Positions 39,211 to 50,024 of a stretch of 64,000 bases of DNA are shown here, one piece after another; the first letter of the stretch is position 1, and every line of letters starts with the position of its first letter. The notes below the pieces were generated by a model. The model was given only the letters and a program-made list of their open reading frames with translations. It did not search any database and was not told where the DNA came from. The DNA is from Mobula hypostoma (Eukaryota). The stretch covers positions 8,308,001 to 8,372,000 of the forward strand of contig NC_086108.1 of NCBI RefSeq assembly GCF_963921235.1. The letters run 5' to 3'. Position numbers and translations under genes: made by a program.

Positions 39211-40075
39211 AGGTGAGAGTTGAGTGTCCAGTGGGGACCAAAGGTGAGGGAGCTGCCCTGGATGGGCATGATAAGACCCTTCAGCAGAGGTGCTACCCCT
39301 CCCTGGACACCCCATACACCCCAAATGGAATTCAGTTTTTCCTATTACATGTTGCTTTGTACCGCTGCCACAAAACAACAAATTTCACGACATATGCCAG
39401 TGATATTAAACCTCATTGTGAATCTGCAAGGTGCCCTCAGATATTTTCCCTGCTAAGGGTTCTGCATGGAAGCCAGATTCTGGGATAATGGAGACTTTGG
39501 ATATCAGAATCTAAAGCAACAAGCAATGTGCTGGAGGAATTCATTGGAACCTGCAGCATCGGTGGGATAAAGAAAGGAATTGTCGACTTTTCGGATTAGG
39601 ATGTGAGAGGCATTGAAGAGAGTTGCCTTGCTGCCACTTACACACGAGAGGGGGGAGCTGGGGGGGGACCTCAGGGTTCTCACGTCTAACTGTCATTCAT
39701 TCTTTCGGGCATTCTCCGTTTTCGTGGATGTTTTGCGAAGAAAAAGCATTTCAGGATGTATGTTGTATACATTTCTCTGACACTAAATTGAACCTTTGAA
39801 GTTTGGGACTGATGTCAGCCTTTTCCTTTCACCCTCTGACCAAACATAATGACATTCACCATCACCATGGCGACGCCAGCAGACTGTTTGGATGTCCAAC
39901 ATTCAACCAGAATCAGGTTTAATATCACTGGCATATATCATGAAATTTGTTGTCTTTGCAGCAGCAGTACATTGGAATACATAGTAATAAAATAAATAAA
40001 AGTTACAATATGTATTAAAAATTAAAATTAAGTAGCTTAAAAAGCCAGCAAAAATGCAATAAAAATAGTGAGGTA

Positions 40076-41317
40076 GTGTACAAGGATTTGGAAAGCGGTG
40101 AAATGATCGGACAAAGTCAGCATGGATTTGTGAAAGGAAAATCATGTCTGACGAATCTCATAGAATTTTTTGAGGATGTAACTAGTAGAGTGGATAGGGG
40201 AGAACCAGTGGATGTGGTATATTTGGATTTTCAAAAGGCTTTTGACAAGGTCCCACACAGGAGATTAGTGTGCAAACTTAAAGCACATGGTATTGGGGGT
40301 AAGGTATTGGTGTGGGTGGAGAATTGGTTAGCAGACAGGAAGCAAAGAGTGGGAATAAACGGGACCTTTTCAGAATGGCAGGCGGTGACTAGTGGGGTAC
40401 CGCAAGGCTCAGTGCTGGGACCCCAGTTGTTTACAATATATATTAATGACTTGGATGAGGGAATTAAATGCAGCATCTCCAAGTTTGCGGATGACACGAA
40501 GCTGGGTGGCAGTGTTAGCAGTGAGGAGGATGCTAAGAGGATGCAGGGTGACTTGGATAGGTTGGGTGAGTGGGCAAACTCATGGCAGATGCAATTTAAT
40601 GTGGATAAATGTGAAGTTATCCACTTTGGTGGCAAAAATAGGAAAACAGATTATTATCTGAATGGTGGCCGATTAGGAAAAGGGGAGGTGCAACGAGACC
40701 TGGGTGTCATTATACACCAGTCATTGAAAGTGGGCATGCAGGTACAGCAGGCGGTGAAAAAGGCGAACGGTATGCTGGCATTTATAGCGAGAGGATTCGA
40801 GTACAGGAGCAGGGAGGTACTACTGCAGTTGTACAAGGCCTTGGTGAGACCACACCTGGAGTATTGTGTGCAGTTTTGGTCCCCTAATCTGAGGAAAGAC
40901 ATCCTTGCCATAGAGGGAGTACAAAGAAGGTTCACCAGATTGATTCCTGGGATGGCAGGTCTTTCATATGAAGAAAGACTGGATGAACTGGGCTTGTACT
41001 CGTTGGAATTTAGAAGATTGAGGGGGGATCTGATTGAAACGTATAAGATCCTAAAGGGATTGGACAGGCTAGATGCGGGAAGATTGTTCCCGATGTTGGG
41101 GAGGTCTAGAACGAGGGGTCACAGTTTGAGGATAGAGGGGAAGCCTTTTAGGACCGAGGTTAGGAAAAACTTCTTCACACAGAGAGTGGTGAATCTGTGG
41201 AATTCTCTGCCACAGCAAACTGTTGAGGCCAGTTCATTAGCTATGTTTAAAAGGAAGTTAGATATGGCCCTTGTGGCTACAGGGGTCACGGGGTATGGAG
41301 GGAAGGCTGGGTTCTGA
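40076..41317 (+). CDS. CR1 LINE ORF2 reverse-transcriptase and C-terminal region, uninterrupted 413 aa (5'-truncated insertion, element to about 41408)
   Basis: QHGFVKGKSCLTNL, YLDFQKAFDKV, SGVPQGSVLGP, KFADDTK, TRGHS..FFTQRVVNLWNSLP. The 3' hairpin GGTGCAGG..CCTGCACC and TTCTATGT tail follow. It is nested in a Rex-type 3' end. Confidence 0.95.
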   Translation: MYKDLESGEMIGQSQHGFVKGKSCLTNLIEFFEDVTSRVDRGEPVDVVYLDFQKAFDKVPHRRLVCKLKAHGIGGKVLVWVENWLADRKQRVGINGTFSEWQAVTSGVPQGSVLGPQLFTIYINDLDEGIKCSISKFADDTKLGGSVSSEEDAKRMQGDLDRLGEWANSWQMQFNVDKCEVIHFGGKNRKTDYYLNGGRLGKGEVQRDLGVIIHQSLKVGMQVQQAVKKANGMLAFIARGFEYRSREVLLQLYKALVRPHLEYCVQFWSPNLRKDILAIEGVQRRFTRLIPGMAGLSYEERLDELGLYSLEFRRLRGDLIETYKILKGLDRLDAGRLFPMLGRSRTRGHSLRIEGKPFRTEVRKNFFTQRVVNLWNSLPQQTVEASSLAMFKRKLDMALVATGVTGYGGKAGF

Positions 41318-41821
41318 GTTGGATGATCAGCCATGATCATAATAAATGGCGGTGCAGGCTCGAAGGGCCGAATGGCCTACTCCTGCACCTATTTTCTATG
41401 TTTCTATGATTCAATGTCCATTTAGAAATCGGAAGGCAGAGGGGAAGAAGCTGTACCTGAATCATTGAGTGTGTGTCTTCAGGTTCCTGTACCTCCTCCC
41501 TGATGGTAACAATGAGAAGAGGGCATGTCCTGGGTGGTGGGGGTCCTTGATGCTGGATGCCATCTTTCTGAGGCATCTCCTATTGAAGATGCCCTCGATG
41601 GTGGGGGAGTCTACTGCTCACGATAGAGCTGGCTGAGTTAACAACTTCCGGCAGCTTTTTCTGATCTCGCGCAGTGACCCTCCAGACCGGGTGGTGCTGC
41701 GGCCAGTTAGAATGCTCTCTGCGGTATACCTGTAGCAATTTCCGAGAGTCTTTGGTGGCATACTGAATCTCCTCAAACTCCAAATAAAATATAACCACTG
41801 TCATGCCTTCTTTGTTATTTG

Positions 41822-42505
41822 GGGAGGAGAAGATGGCAGCGCAACACAGCGCGTGCGGCCTCTCTGGTGAATGATATCGTATTTGTAAGTAGGATGCCAT
41901 GCACAATCCTGATTTGATGGAGACAGACGTGAGAAGCATGGAGGAACATCTGGAGAAACTTCTGAAATGCCCGGTTCGCTGCCGCTGCTACTGTGCGATC
42001 GAGAATCTCCGGAGGGCAAGGCCCCAAATCCTCGGCTTTGCCTGTTGCTGGCGGCCGGGGCCGGGGTCGAAGCGCTTGGCAGAGATGGTGCTCGGTGCTC
42101 AGTGTCGGAGGGCTGGAGGGAGGCTCTAAGTTTTTGGACGTACTGAGAGTCGGACTGTGGTCGGGTGCTTCCAGGATGCTGCATCGGCAAGTTTGCGGCG
42201 CTGGAAGCTCATGGCAGGGAGAGTTTTCTTCCTTCTACCGTCTGCGTGAGATGATGGGACTTTCAAGAGACTTTGAGACTTTTTTTTACCGTGCCCATGG
42301 TCTGTTATTCATCAAATTACAGTATTGCTTGCACTGTTGTAGCTATATGTTATAATTATGTGGTTTTTGTCAGTTTTTCAGTCTTGGTCTGTCTTGTGTT
42401 TCTGTGATATCATACTGGAGGAACATTGTATAATTTCTTAATGCATGCATTACTAAATGACAATAAAAGAGGACCTGGGTGTCCTCATAATCTAATATGA
42501 TCTAA
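41822..42505 (+). mobile_element. Family X copy B (apparently full length)
   Basis: Colinear with 1625-2287 from GGAGGAGAAGATGGC to GAGGAC..GTCCTC-ATAATCTAAT. Confidence 0.8.
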
Positions 42506-42744
42506 TTGCATTGTTACGTTGGCACAGAGATCTTGAAAGATAGTGACACACAGGAACTTGAAACTGTTCCCCCTGTCCAGTGCTGGTCCCTTGATCAGGA
42601 CTGGTGTATGGCCCAAACAAGGCCTCAAAGCATGACTAGAACACATGGTCTTCTGGAATCATGGATTACCTGTAACAATCACCTCCTAACACCTCAGGGC
42701 TGGGACCACACTTTTCACTTTATACATTAATGATCTCGATATCT

Positions 42745-43040
42745 CACCTCCAAGAGGACCACAACCTTGTCGTAGGAGTTGGAGGCTTATGTACCTCAAT
42801 GATCCGGAGTTGGCTAGAGTCAGGGCTTTTGGCTCTTGACAGGGTCACCCATGTCAAACAGGTCAAAGGGTAGAGGCCAGAGAAAGAGTGGTCCACCAGT
42901 CCTCCAGGTTCAGGGGCACAGCTCAGCGTCAACAACCCTGACTGGTCAAACAAAATTGTTACAGAAACAGCAATGAAGAATCCTTCTGTATCTGTGTGTG
43001 ACGGTGTGGACCGGCAGAGATGAAGCACCTTCATTGCTGC
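42745..43040 (+). mobile_element. RTE/Expander-like non-autonomous element; second copy at 56730-57140 (-)
   Basis: ccttgtcgt..cctcaatga..gggtcacccatg.caaacaggtcaaagggtagagg resembles Expander/Rex3 5'UTRs. The 56.7-kb copy ends in an RTE-like ..ggaggaccttcgctgctgcc..(AGTA)n tail. Confidence 0.6.
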
Positions 43041-43044
43041 ACAC

Positions 43045-44955
43045 ATGAAATGCCAGAGGAACTCAGCAGGCCGGGCAGCATCTAGGAAAAGAGTACAGTC
43101 AACAATTCAGGCCAGCAGGACTGGAGAAAAAAAGGCTGGGGAGTAGATTTAAAAGGTGGGGGGGAGGGGAGAGAGACACACCAGGTGATAGGTGAAACCA
43201 GGAGGGGGAGAGGATGAAGTAAAGAGCTGGGAAGTAAATTGGCGAAAGAGTCAGAGGCCATGGAAGAAAGAAAAAGGGGGAAGAGCACCAGAGGGAGGTG
43301 CAGGGTGGGCATGGAGATAAGGTGAGAGAGGGAAAAGGTGAAGGGGGGGTGGGGATGGAGGTGGGGGGGCGTTACCGAAAGTTTGAGAAGTCAATGTTCA
43401 TACCATCAGGCTGGAGGCTACCCAGACAGAATATAAGCTGTTGTTCCTCCAACCTAAGTGTGGCCTCATCATGACAGTGGAGGAGGCCATGGATGGAGAT
43501 ATCGGAATGGGAATGGGAAGTGGAATTAAAATGGATGGTCACTGGGAGATCCCGCTCTTTCTGACAGACAGAACATAGGTGCTCGGTGAAGCAGTCTCCC
43601 AATCTATGTAGGGTCTCACCATACAGGAGGCCACACCAGGAAGACCGGACACAGTATCGGTGTCCGGTCTCAACGGACTCACAGGTGAAGTATCACCTCA
43701 CCTGGAAGGACTGTTTAGGGCCCTGAATGGTAGTGAGGGAGGAGGTGTAGGGACAGGTGTACCACTTGTTCCGCTTGCAAGGGTAAGTGCCAGGAGGGAG
43801 GTCAGTGGGGAAGGACGAATGGACAAGGGAGTCACAAAGGGAGCGATCCCTGTGGAAAACAGAAAGTGGGGGGGAAGGAAAGATGTGCTTGGTGGTGGGA
43901 TCCCATTGGAGGTGACAGACACGGAGGCTGGTGGGGTGGGAGGTGAGGACAAGAGGAACCCTATCCCTAGTAGGGTGGTGGGAGGATGGGGTAAGAGCAG
44001 ACATGCGTGAAATGGGAGAGATGTGGTTGAGAGCAGCATTGTTGGTGGAGGAAGGTCAGCCCTTTCTTTGAAAAAGGAGGACATCTCCTTCGTTCTAGAA
44101 TGAAACGCCTCACCCTGAGAGCAGATGCAGTGAAGAGGGAGGAGTTAAGAGAAGGGGATGGGTTGTTTTTACAAGTGACAGGATGGGAGGAGGTATAGTC
44201 CAGGTAGCTGTGAGAGTCCGTGGGTTTACAATAGACATCAGTAGATAAGCTGTCTCCAGAGACAGAGACAGTGAGATTGAGAAAGGGGAGGGAGGTGTCG
44301 GAAATGGACCAGGTGAATTTAAGGGCAGGGTGGATGTTGGAGGCAAAGTGGATGAAGTTGACGCGTTCAGCATGGTTGCAGGAAGCCGAACCAATGCAGT
44401 TGTTGATGTAGTGTAGGAAAGGTGCGGAACAGTCACCAGTGTAGGCTTGGAACATAGACTATTCTGCGTAGCCAACAAACAGGCAGGCAGAAATGGGACC
44501 CTTGCGAGTGCCCATGGCTACCCCTTTTGTTTGAAGGAAGTGGGAGTAGCCAAAGGAGACATTACAGAGAGTGAGGACCAGTTCTGCAAGACGGAGGAGA
44601 GTGGTGGTGGAGGGGAACTGGTCGGGTCTGGTGTCCAGAAAGGAACGGAGAGCTTTGAGTCCTTCCTGGTGGGGGATGGAGGTGTACAGGGACTGGACAT
44701 CCATAGTAAAAATAAGATGATGGGGACCAGGGAACCTGAAATCATTGGAAAGATCTAGAGCATGTGAAGTGTCATGGTTGTAGATAAGAAGGGACTGGAC
44801 TAGGGGGATAAAATAGAGTCCAGGTATGCCGAAGGGTTTTGGCCCGAAACCTCAACTGTGCTCTTTTCCTAAATGCTGCCTGACTTGCTGAGTTCCTCCA
44901 GCATTTTGTGTGTGTTGCTCAGATTTCCAGCATCTGCAGATTTTCTCTTGTTTGC
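43045..44955 (-). mobile_element. Penelope-like retroelement (RT, Zn-knuckle linker, GIY-YIG remnant), decayed, with an inverted pLTR at its 5' end
   Basis: DVQSLYTSIPH..QTKGVAMG (44459-44704); YINN in place of YIDD and LPFLNL..YCKPTDSHSYL; CKRNKWYTCP; EH..PVTIHFN..EQQLIF.LGSLQPDGMN. An opposite-orientation pLTR copy lies at about 44830-44955. Confidence 0.92.
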
Positions 44956-45400
44956 GAATGGACCTTCTTTGCTGCCCTAATCTCGAGCGGCAATACGGAC
45001 AGTAAAGTAAAAAAAAGAGATCCGCTATCTCACCAGGAATCTCCTGTCACAACTCTGCCTGAGCCTGCAGGTCCCACGCAGACCCTCAGCCCAGAAGAAA
45101 ATAATGGTCACTGCTTGGATGAACTTCTCAGAAGGCTACAAAATGGAATGCCAGAATCTTACCAGGATGCTGTCTTTTCTTCTCTTCCCCACTCTGGGCT
45201 CTTACCTGTTCTGCTCTCCTGCCTATTATCTTCCCCGGTGACCCTTCTCCTTCCCTTTCTCCCATGGTCCGCCCTCCTCTCCTATCAGATTCCTCCTTCT
45301 CCAGCCTTTAACCTTTCCCACCCACCTGAATTCACCTATCAGCTAGTCGCTCTTCTCCTCCTCCCTCCTTCTTACTTTGGCCCCCTTCCCACTTCCTTTC

Positions 45401-45438
45401 CAGTCCTGAGGAAGGGTCTCGGCCCGAAATGTCAACTG
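45401..45438 (+). ncRNA. Minimal PLE hammerhead ribozyme motif, slightly degenerate
   Basis: CAGTC-CTGAGGA-AGGGtctcggCCC-GAAA-TG-TC-AACTG. Confidence 0.55.
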
Positions 45439-46850
45439 TTTATTCATTTCCACAGCCTTTGCCTGACCTGCTGAGTCTCTCCAGCACTTTGTGTGTGTCG
45501 ATCTGGATTAGACAGCATGCCTTACGAGATAAGTTGAGCGAGCCAGAGGTTTTCTCTTTGGAGAGAGGAGGTGACTTGATAGATTTGGATAAGATTATAA
45601 AAGGCATAGATAGAGTGGACAGCCAGTACCTGTTCCTTAGGAGGCAATGCCCAACGTCAGAGAACATCCACTTAAGGCAGTTGGAGGAAGGCAGAGGGGA
45701 AATTTCAGAGAGAGGTTCATCAAAGAGTGGTAGGTGTATGGAGCACATCGCCTCGGGTGGCAGTAGAGGCAGATACATTAGGGACATTAAAGAGACTCTT
45801 AGATTGGCATAGGGATGAAAGAAAAGTTGAGGTCTTTTGGGAGAGAAGAGTTAAATTGATCTTGGAGTAGGTTAAAAGGTCAGCACAACATACTGGGATT
45901 GAAAGGCTTGTTATATGGGGAGCATTTGGTGGCTCTGGGCCTGTACTCAGAAGAATGGTGGGGAGGGAGGGAGGGAAATGTCAATGAAACCTATTGAATA
46001 TTGAAAGCCCTGGATAGAGTGGATGTGGAGTGAATGTTTCCTTTGGTGGGGGGAGTCCAAGACAAGAGGACATGGCCTCCGGATAGAAGGGCGTCCTTTT
46101 AGAACGAAGATGAGGAGGGGTTTCTTCAGCCAGAGAGTGGTGAACCTGTAGAATGCAGTGCCACACGTGAACACAGAAAAGAACAAGCAACAAAACAACA
46201 ACAGCAAAACAAGCCCCAATCCCCACCCTCCCACACACATACACTACCCTCTAATCCCATAACGGAGATGGCAGAGTTCACAACTTTCTGCAGCTTTTTC
46301 TGATCCTGTGTATTCCCGCTCCCCCAAGATCAGACAGTGATACAATCAGTTAGAATACTCAATGTGACATCTGCAGGAATTTGCCACCGTACCCACTCCA
46401 GCAGGCCACAGCCGGCTCCAGTGACCATGAGAGTGCACCACGTTGTTCCTGCTCCCCTCACAGTGCTGATAAGGGGTTAACGTACACAGGGGCAGAGTTT
46501 GCTCAGCCCTCGGAGGGCATGGGGTGGAATACCCAGAATCAGGCTCCATCCAGATGGGCTGGAGCTCGCATCCCACCAAAAGACCCTGAAAGCAGGAATA
46601 GTCTCAAACAACGCATTTCATTGTATGCTTCAATGTCCCTGTACCTGTGATAAGTAAGTTTGACCGAATCCGATTCGAATCTGTCTCCAGAACACACACT
46701 GGTTTCAAACCGTCACTAACGAGATTTGCCTTGCCTATAAAATGACCAAGGATTAACATACTAATCCAACCCACTAAATTAAACCAATGACTAACATGCT
46801 AACTAACCTACTGGTTAATTGACTAATCTATCGATGACTAAAATGCCAAC

Positions 46851-47090
46851 ACGAGGAAATCTGCAGATGCTGGAATTTCAAGCAACACATATAAAAGTTG
46901 CTGATGAACGCAGCAGGCCAGGCAGCATCCCTAGGAAGAGGCACAGTCGACGTTTTGGGCTGAGACCCTTTGTCAGGACTAACTGAAAGATTCAGTTAGT
47001 CCTGACGAAGGGTCTCAGCCCGAAACGTCGACTGTACCTCTTCCTAGAGATGCTGCCTGGCCTGCTGCGTTCACCAGCAACTTTTATATG
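46851..47090. mobile_element. PLE pLTR-derived palindromic insertion with a 17-bp flanking duplication
   Basis: 100-bp arms at 46888-46987 and 46991-47090, with a 3-nt loop and 5 mismatches. ATGACTAAAATGCCAAC at 46834-46850 and 47088-47104. Confidence 0.9.
46998..47033 (+). ncRNA. Minimal type I hammerhead ribozyme motif (PLE type), intact core
   Basis: AGTC-CTGACGA-AGGGtctcagCCC-GAAA-CG-TC-GACT: stem I AGTC/GACT, CUGANGA and GAAA boxes, palindromic ACGT helix III, GUC site. Confidence 0.75.
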
Positions 47091-47329
47091 ACTAAAATGC
47101 CAACTACTCTACAGTCTATGCAACAGACAAACCCAGCAAATACCTAGCTGATAATTAACTGACAGACTAATCTACCAATCAATTTACTGATCAAGATACC
47201 AGCAAATAAACTAGCAACTAACCCACAGAGCAGCTACTGAATAAACTACCCTCTAGCCAATTGATTTCCTACAGACTCCTTAAAACCTTCGACATTGAAC
47301 CACTTCAAACTCCCACCCTTCCCTGTGTC

Positions 47330-48450
47330 TATAAACACATCCAGCCCCTAAATCCCTCAATGTCTCTGTAACCCCTCCCTTCCCAGCACCCCTCCCTGTC
47401 TCAGTCCATCCCCTACAACCCTCCATGTCTCTGTAACCCCACTACGCCCCTCTCTGTCCCTGTAACACCCTCCCTCTCCTCCTCCCCACCCTCTCTCTGT
47501 AACCCCCTTCCTCCCGGTCTGTGTTAACCACGCCCTCTCCTAAAGCCCTCCCAGTCCCTGTAACCCCCTGCGGATCCTCTACCATTCACTGTCTCAGTAA
47601 CTCCCTCCCTCACCTGCACCCCTCCCTCTCTCTGGAACCCCCTCCCACCCATCCAGCCCTCTCCATGTCTGTAACAGCCTCCCTCTCCTACACCTCTACC
47701 TATATCTGTAACCCTCTCCCTTCCCTATACCGCTCCATCTCTGTGAAAAACCGTCCCTATACCCCTCCCTTTCTCTGTAACGTCCCCTCCCCTTGTCTCT
47801 GTGACCTCCTCTCTCCTCTACACTGCTCTGTCTTTGTAACCCCCTTCTTCCCCAAAACCCCTGTCTGTCTCTGCAAAACCCCTTTCTCCCCAAAACCCCT
47901 CTCTGTCTCTGTAAACCCCCTCCCACCACTACACCCCTCCAGGTCTCTGTAACCCTCCCCTCCCTCCCCTACTCCCCTTCTGGTCTTTGTTACAGCCTCC
48001 CTGCCCTACACCCCTCTATCTCGGTAACCTCAATCCATCTCTTACATCCCTCCCTCCCTCCCTCTGTAAACCCCTTCCTCCCCTAAATGCCTACCTGTCT
48101 CAGGAATTCTTCCCTCACCAGCAACCCCCCCCAGTCTCAATAACTCCCTCCCTCCCCTACTCCACTCTCTGTGTCTGTAACCCCTCCCCTACACACCTCC
48201 CTGCCTGTGCAAATTCTTCCCTCCCCTACTCCCCTCCCTCCCCTAAACCCCCCCATCTCTGTAACCCCCTCCCTTCCCCACTCCTCCACGTCCCTGAAAC
48301 CAACTCCCTCCCCTACACCCCTCCCTGTCTCTTAACTGTCTCCCTCCCTGACACCGCTTCCTGTCTCTATAAACCCCTCCCCATCTCTGTAACATCCTCA
48401 AGCCCTTACACCCCTTTCTGCTTCTGTAAACCCTTCCAGTTCCTCCAGCT
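47330..48450. repeat. Degenerate pyrimidine-rich minisatellite (CTCTGTAACCCCTCCC-like)
   Basis: Recurrent TCTCTGTAAC followed by C-runs over about 1.1 kb; the minus strand is G-rich. Confidence 0.8.
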
Positions 48451-50024
48451 TTCCAAGAGACCTTTTTTTTAAGCATGCCGTACCAGACATCCAGCCATTC
48501 TTGTCAGGATTAACCGGGTCATGTTATGAATGTTCCTGACTCGACCCTTGTATTTTTTACGAGGCCGAGTGGCTAGCTCGACTCTCAAAACTGGAAAGCA
48601 TGCTTGGGGGTGGCCCGACCTGGATTCGAACTCAGGAGCCTTCGCTTCGGAGTCCGGCACTGATCTCACTGCGTCACCAGTCAAGAGACCATAAGACTAT
48701 GACTTTGGAGCAGAATTAGGCCATTTAATCCTTCGATTCTGCTCCACCATTTCATCATGGCTGATCCATTTCCTTCTCAGCCCCAATCTCCTGCCTTCTC
48801 CCCGTATCCCTTCATGCCCTATCTAGATAATGAGATAAGGAGTCCTTAAAGTGAGATCATTGGTTGTGGGGTTGTGGGCAAGTGAGTGTCGTTATCCTTT
48901 TTGTTCAGGAGCCTAATGGTTGAAGGATTGTAACTGTTCTTGCATCAGCGAGAAGAGAGCATGACCTGGGTGGTGGGGGTCTCTGATGATGGATGCTGCT
49001 TTCCTATGACAGCATTTCATGTAGACCTGCTCAAGGTTGAGAGAGCTTTACCCATGATGACTGCATCTATTACCTTTGGCAATATTTTCCATTCAAGGGC
49101 TTTGGTGTTTCCATACCAGGCTGTGACGCAACCAGTCAATACACTCTTCACCGCACATCTATAGAAGTTTTTCCAAAGTTTTAGTGTCATGCCAATTCTC
49201 CACAAACTCCTAAGGAAGTAGAGGCACTGCCGTGCTCTCTTTGTCATTGCACTTACGTGCTGGGCCCAGGACAGATTCCCTGAAACAACAACGGTGAGGA
49301 ATTTAAAGTTGCTGATTCATTCCACCCCTGCTCCTCTGATGAGTAGTCTCACGGACCACCAGTTTCCTCTGTAGTTCTAAAGATCTCATCGAGCTCAGTA
49401 ACCAGTTGATCAGCACAGGGCTTTAGTACAAGGCCAGGTACCCTGCCTGGGACAATTGCTTTTTATTGGTCCCCCCCCCCACCCCCCCCCCGAAGGCAGC
49501 TCGCTGGCTTCAGAGACTGAGCTGGTTGGATCATCGGGAGATGTGGGAATTCGTGATGTTTTGACAGTCAAAGTGAGCAAAGGAGGCATTGAGCTCATTT
49601 GGAAGTTAAGCTCTGCGTGTTGCCTTATTTAACTTTGAAAGATGTGATAGTATTCACCCTCATTTCTCTATATTACAGCAAATATAGGCCCAAAGCCATC
49701 AACTGCTCCTCATAGGATGAGTTTTTCGTTCTTGTGAACCTCCTCTGAACCCTTTCCAATGTCAGCACATCCTTTAAAGGGGCCCAAAACTGCTCACAGT
49801 ATTCCCCCAGGCCTCACCAGTGTTTTATAAAGCTCAACATTATATCCTTGCTTTTATATTGTAATCCTCTTGAAATGAATGCTAACATCACCTTTCCCTT
49901 AATCATCACAGGCTCAAACTGGAAACTAACCTTTAGGGAATTCTGCACAAGGACTCCCAAGTTCCTTCGCAACTCAGGATTTTGAATTTTCTCCCCATTT
50001 AGAAAATTGTCTAAGCCTTTATTC

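Noticed and set aside
40076..41317. Domesticated RT gene
   Set aside because: 5'-truncated with a junction-derived start, retains the CR1 tail and has near-identical siblings, so it is simply a young insertion.
44908..45474. 188-aa ORF and possible splice sites at about 45030-45160
   Set aside because: The ORF starts and ends in PLE pLTR sequence. The unique middle has no recognisable coding signal.
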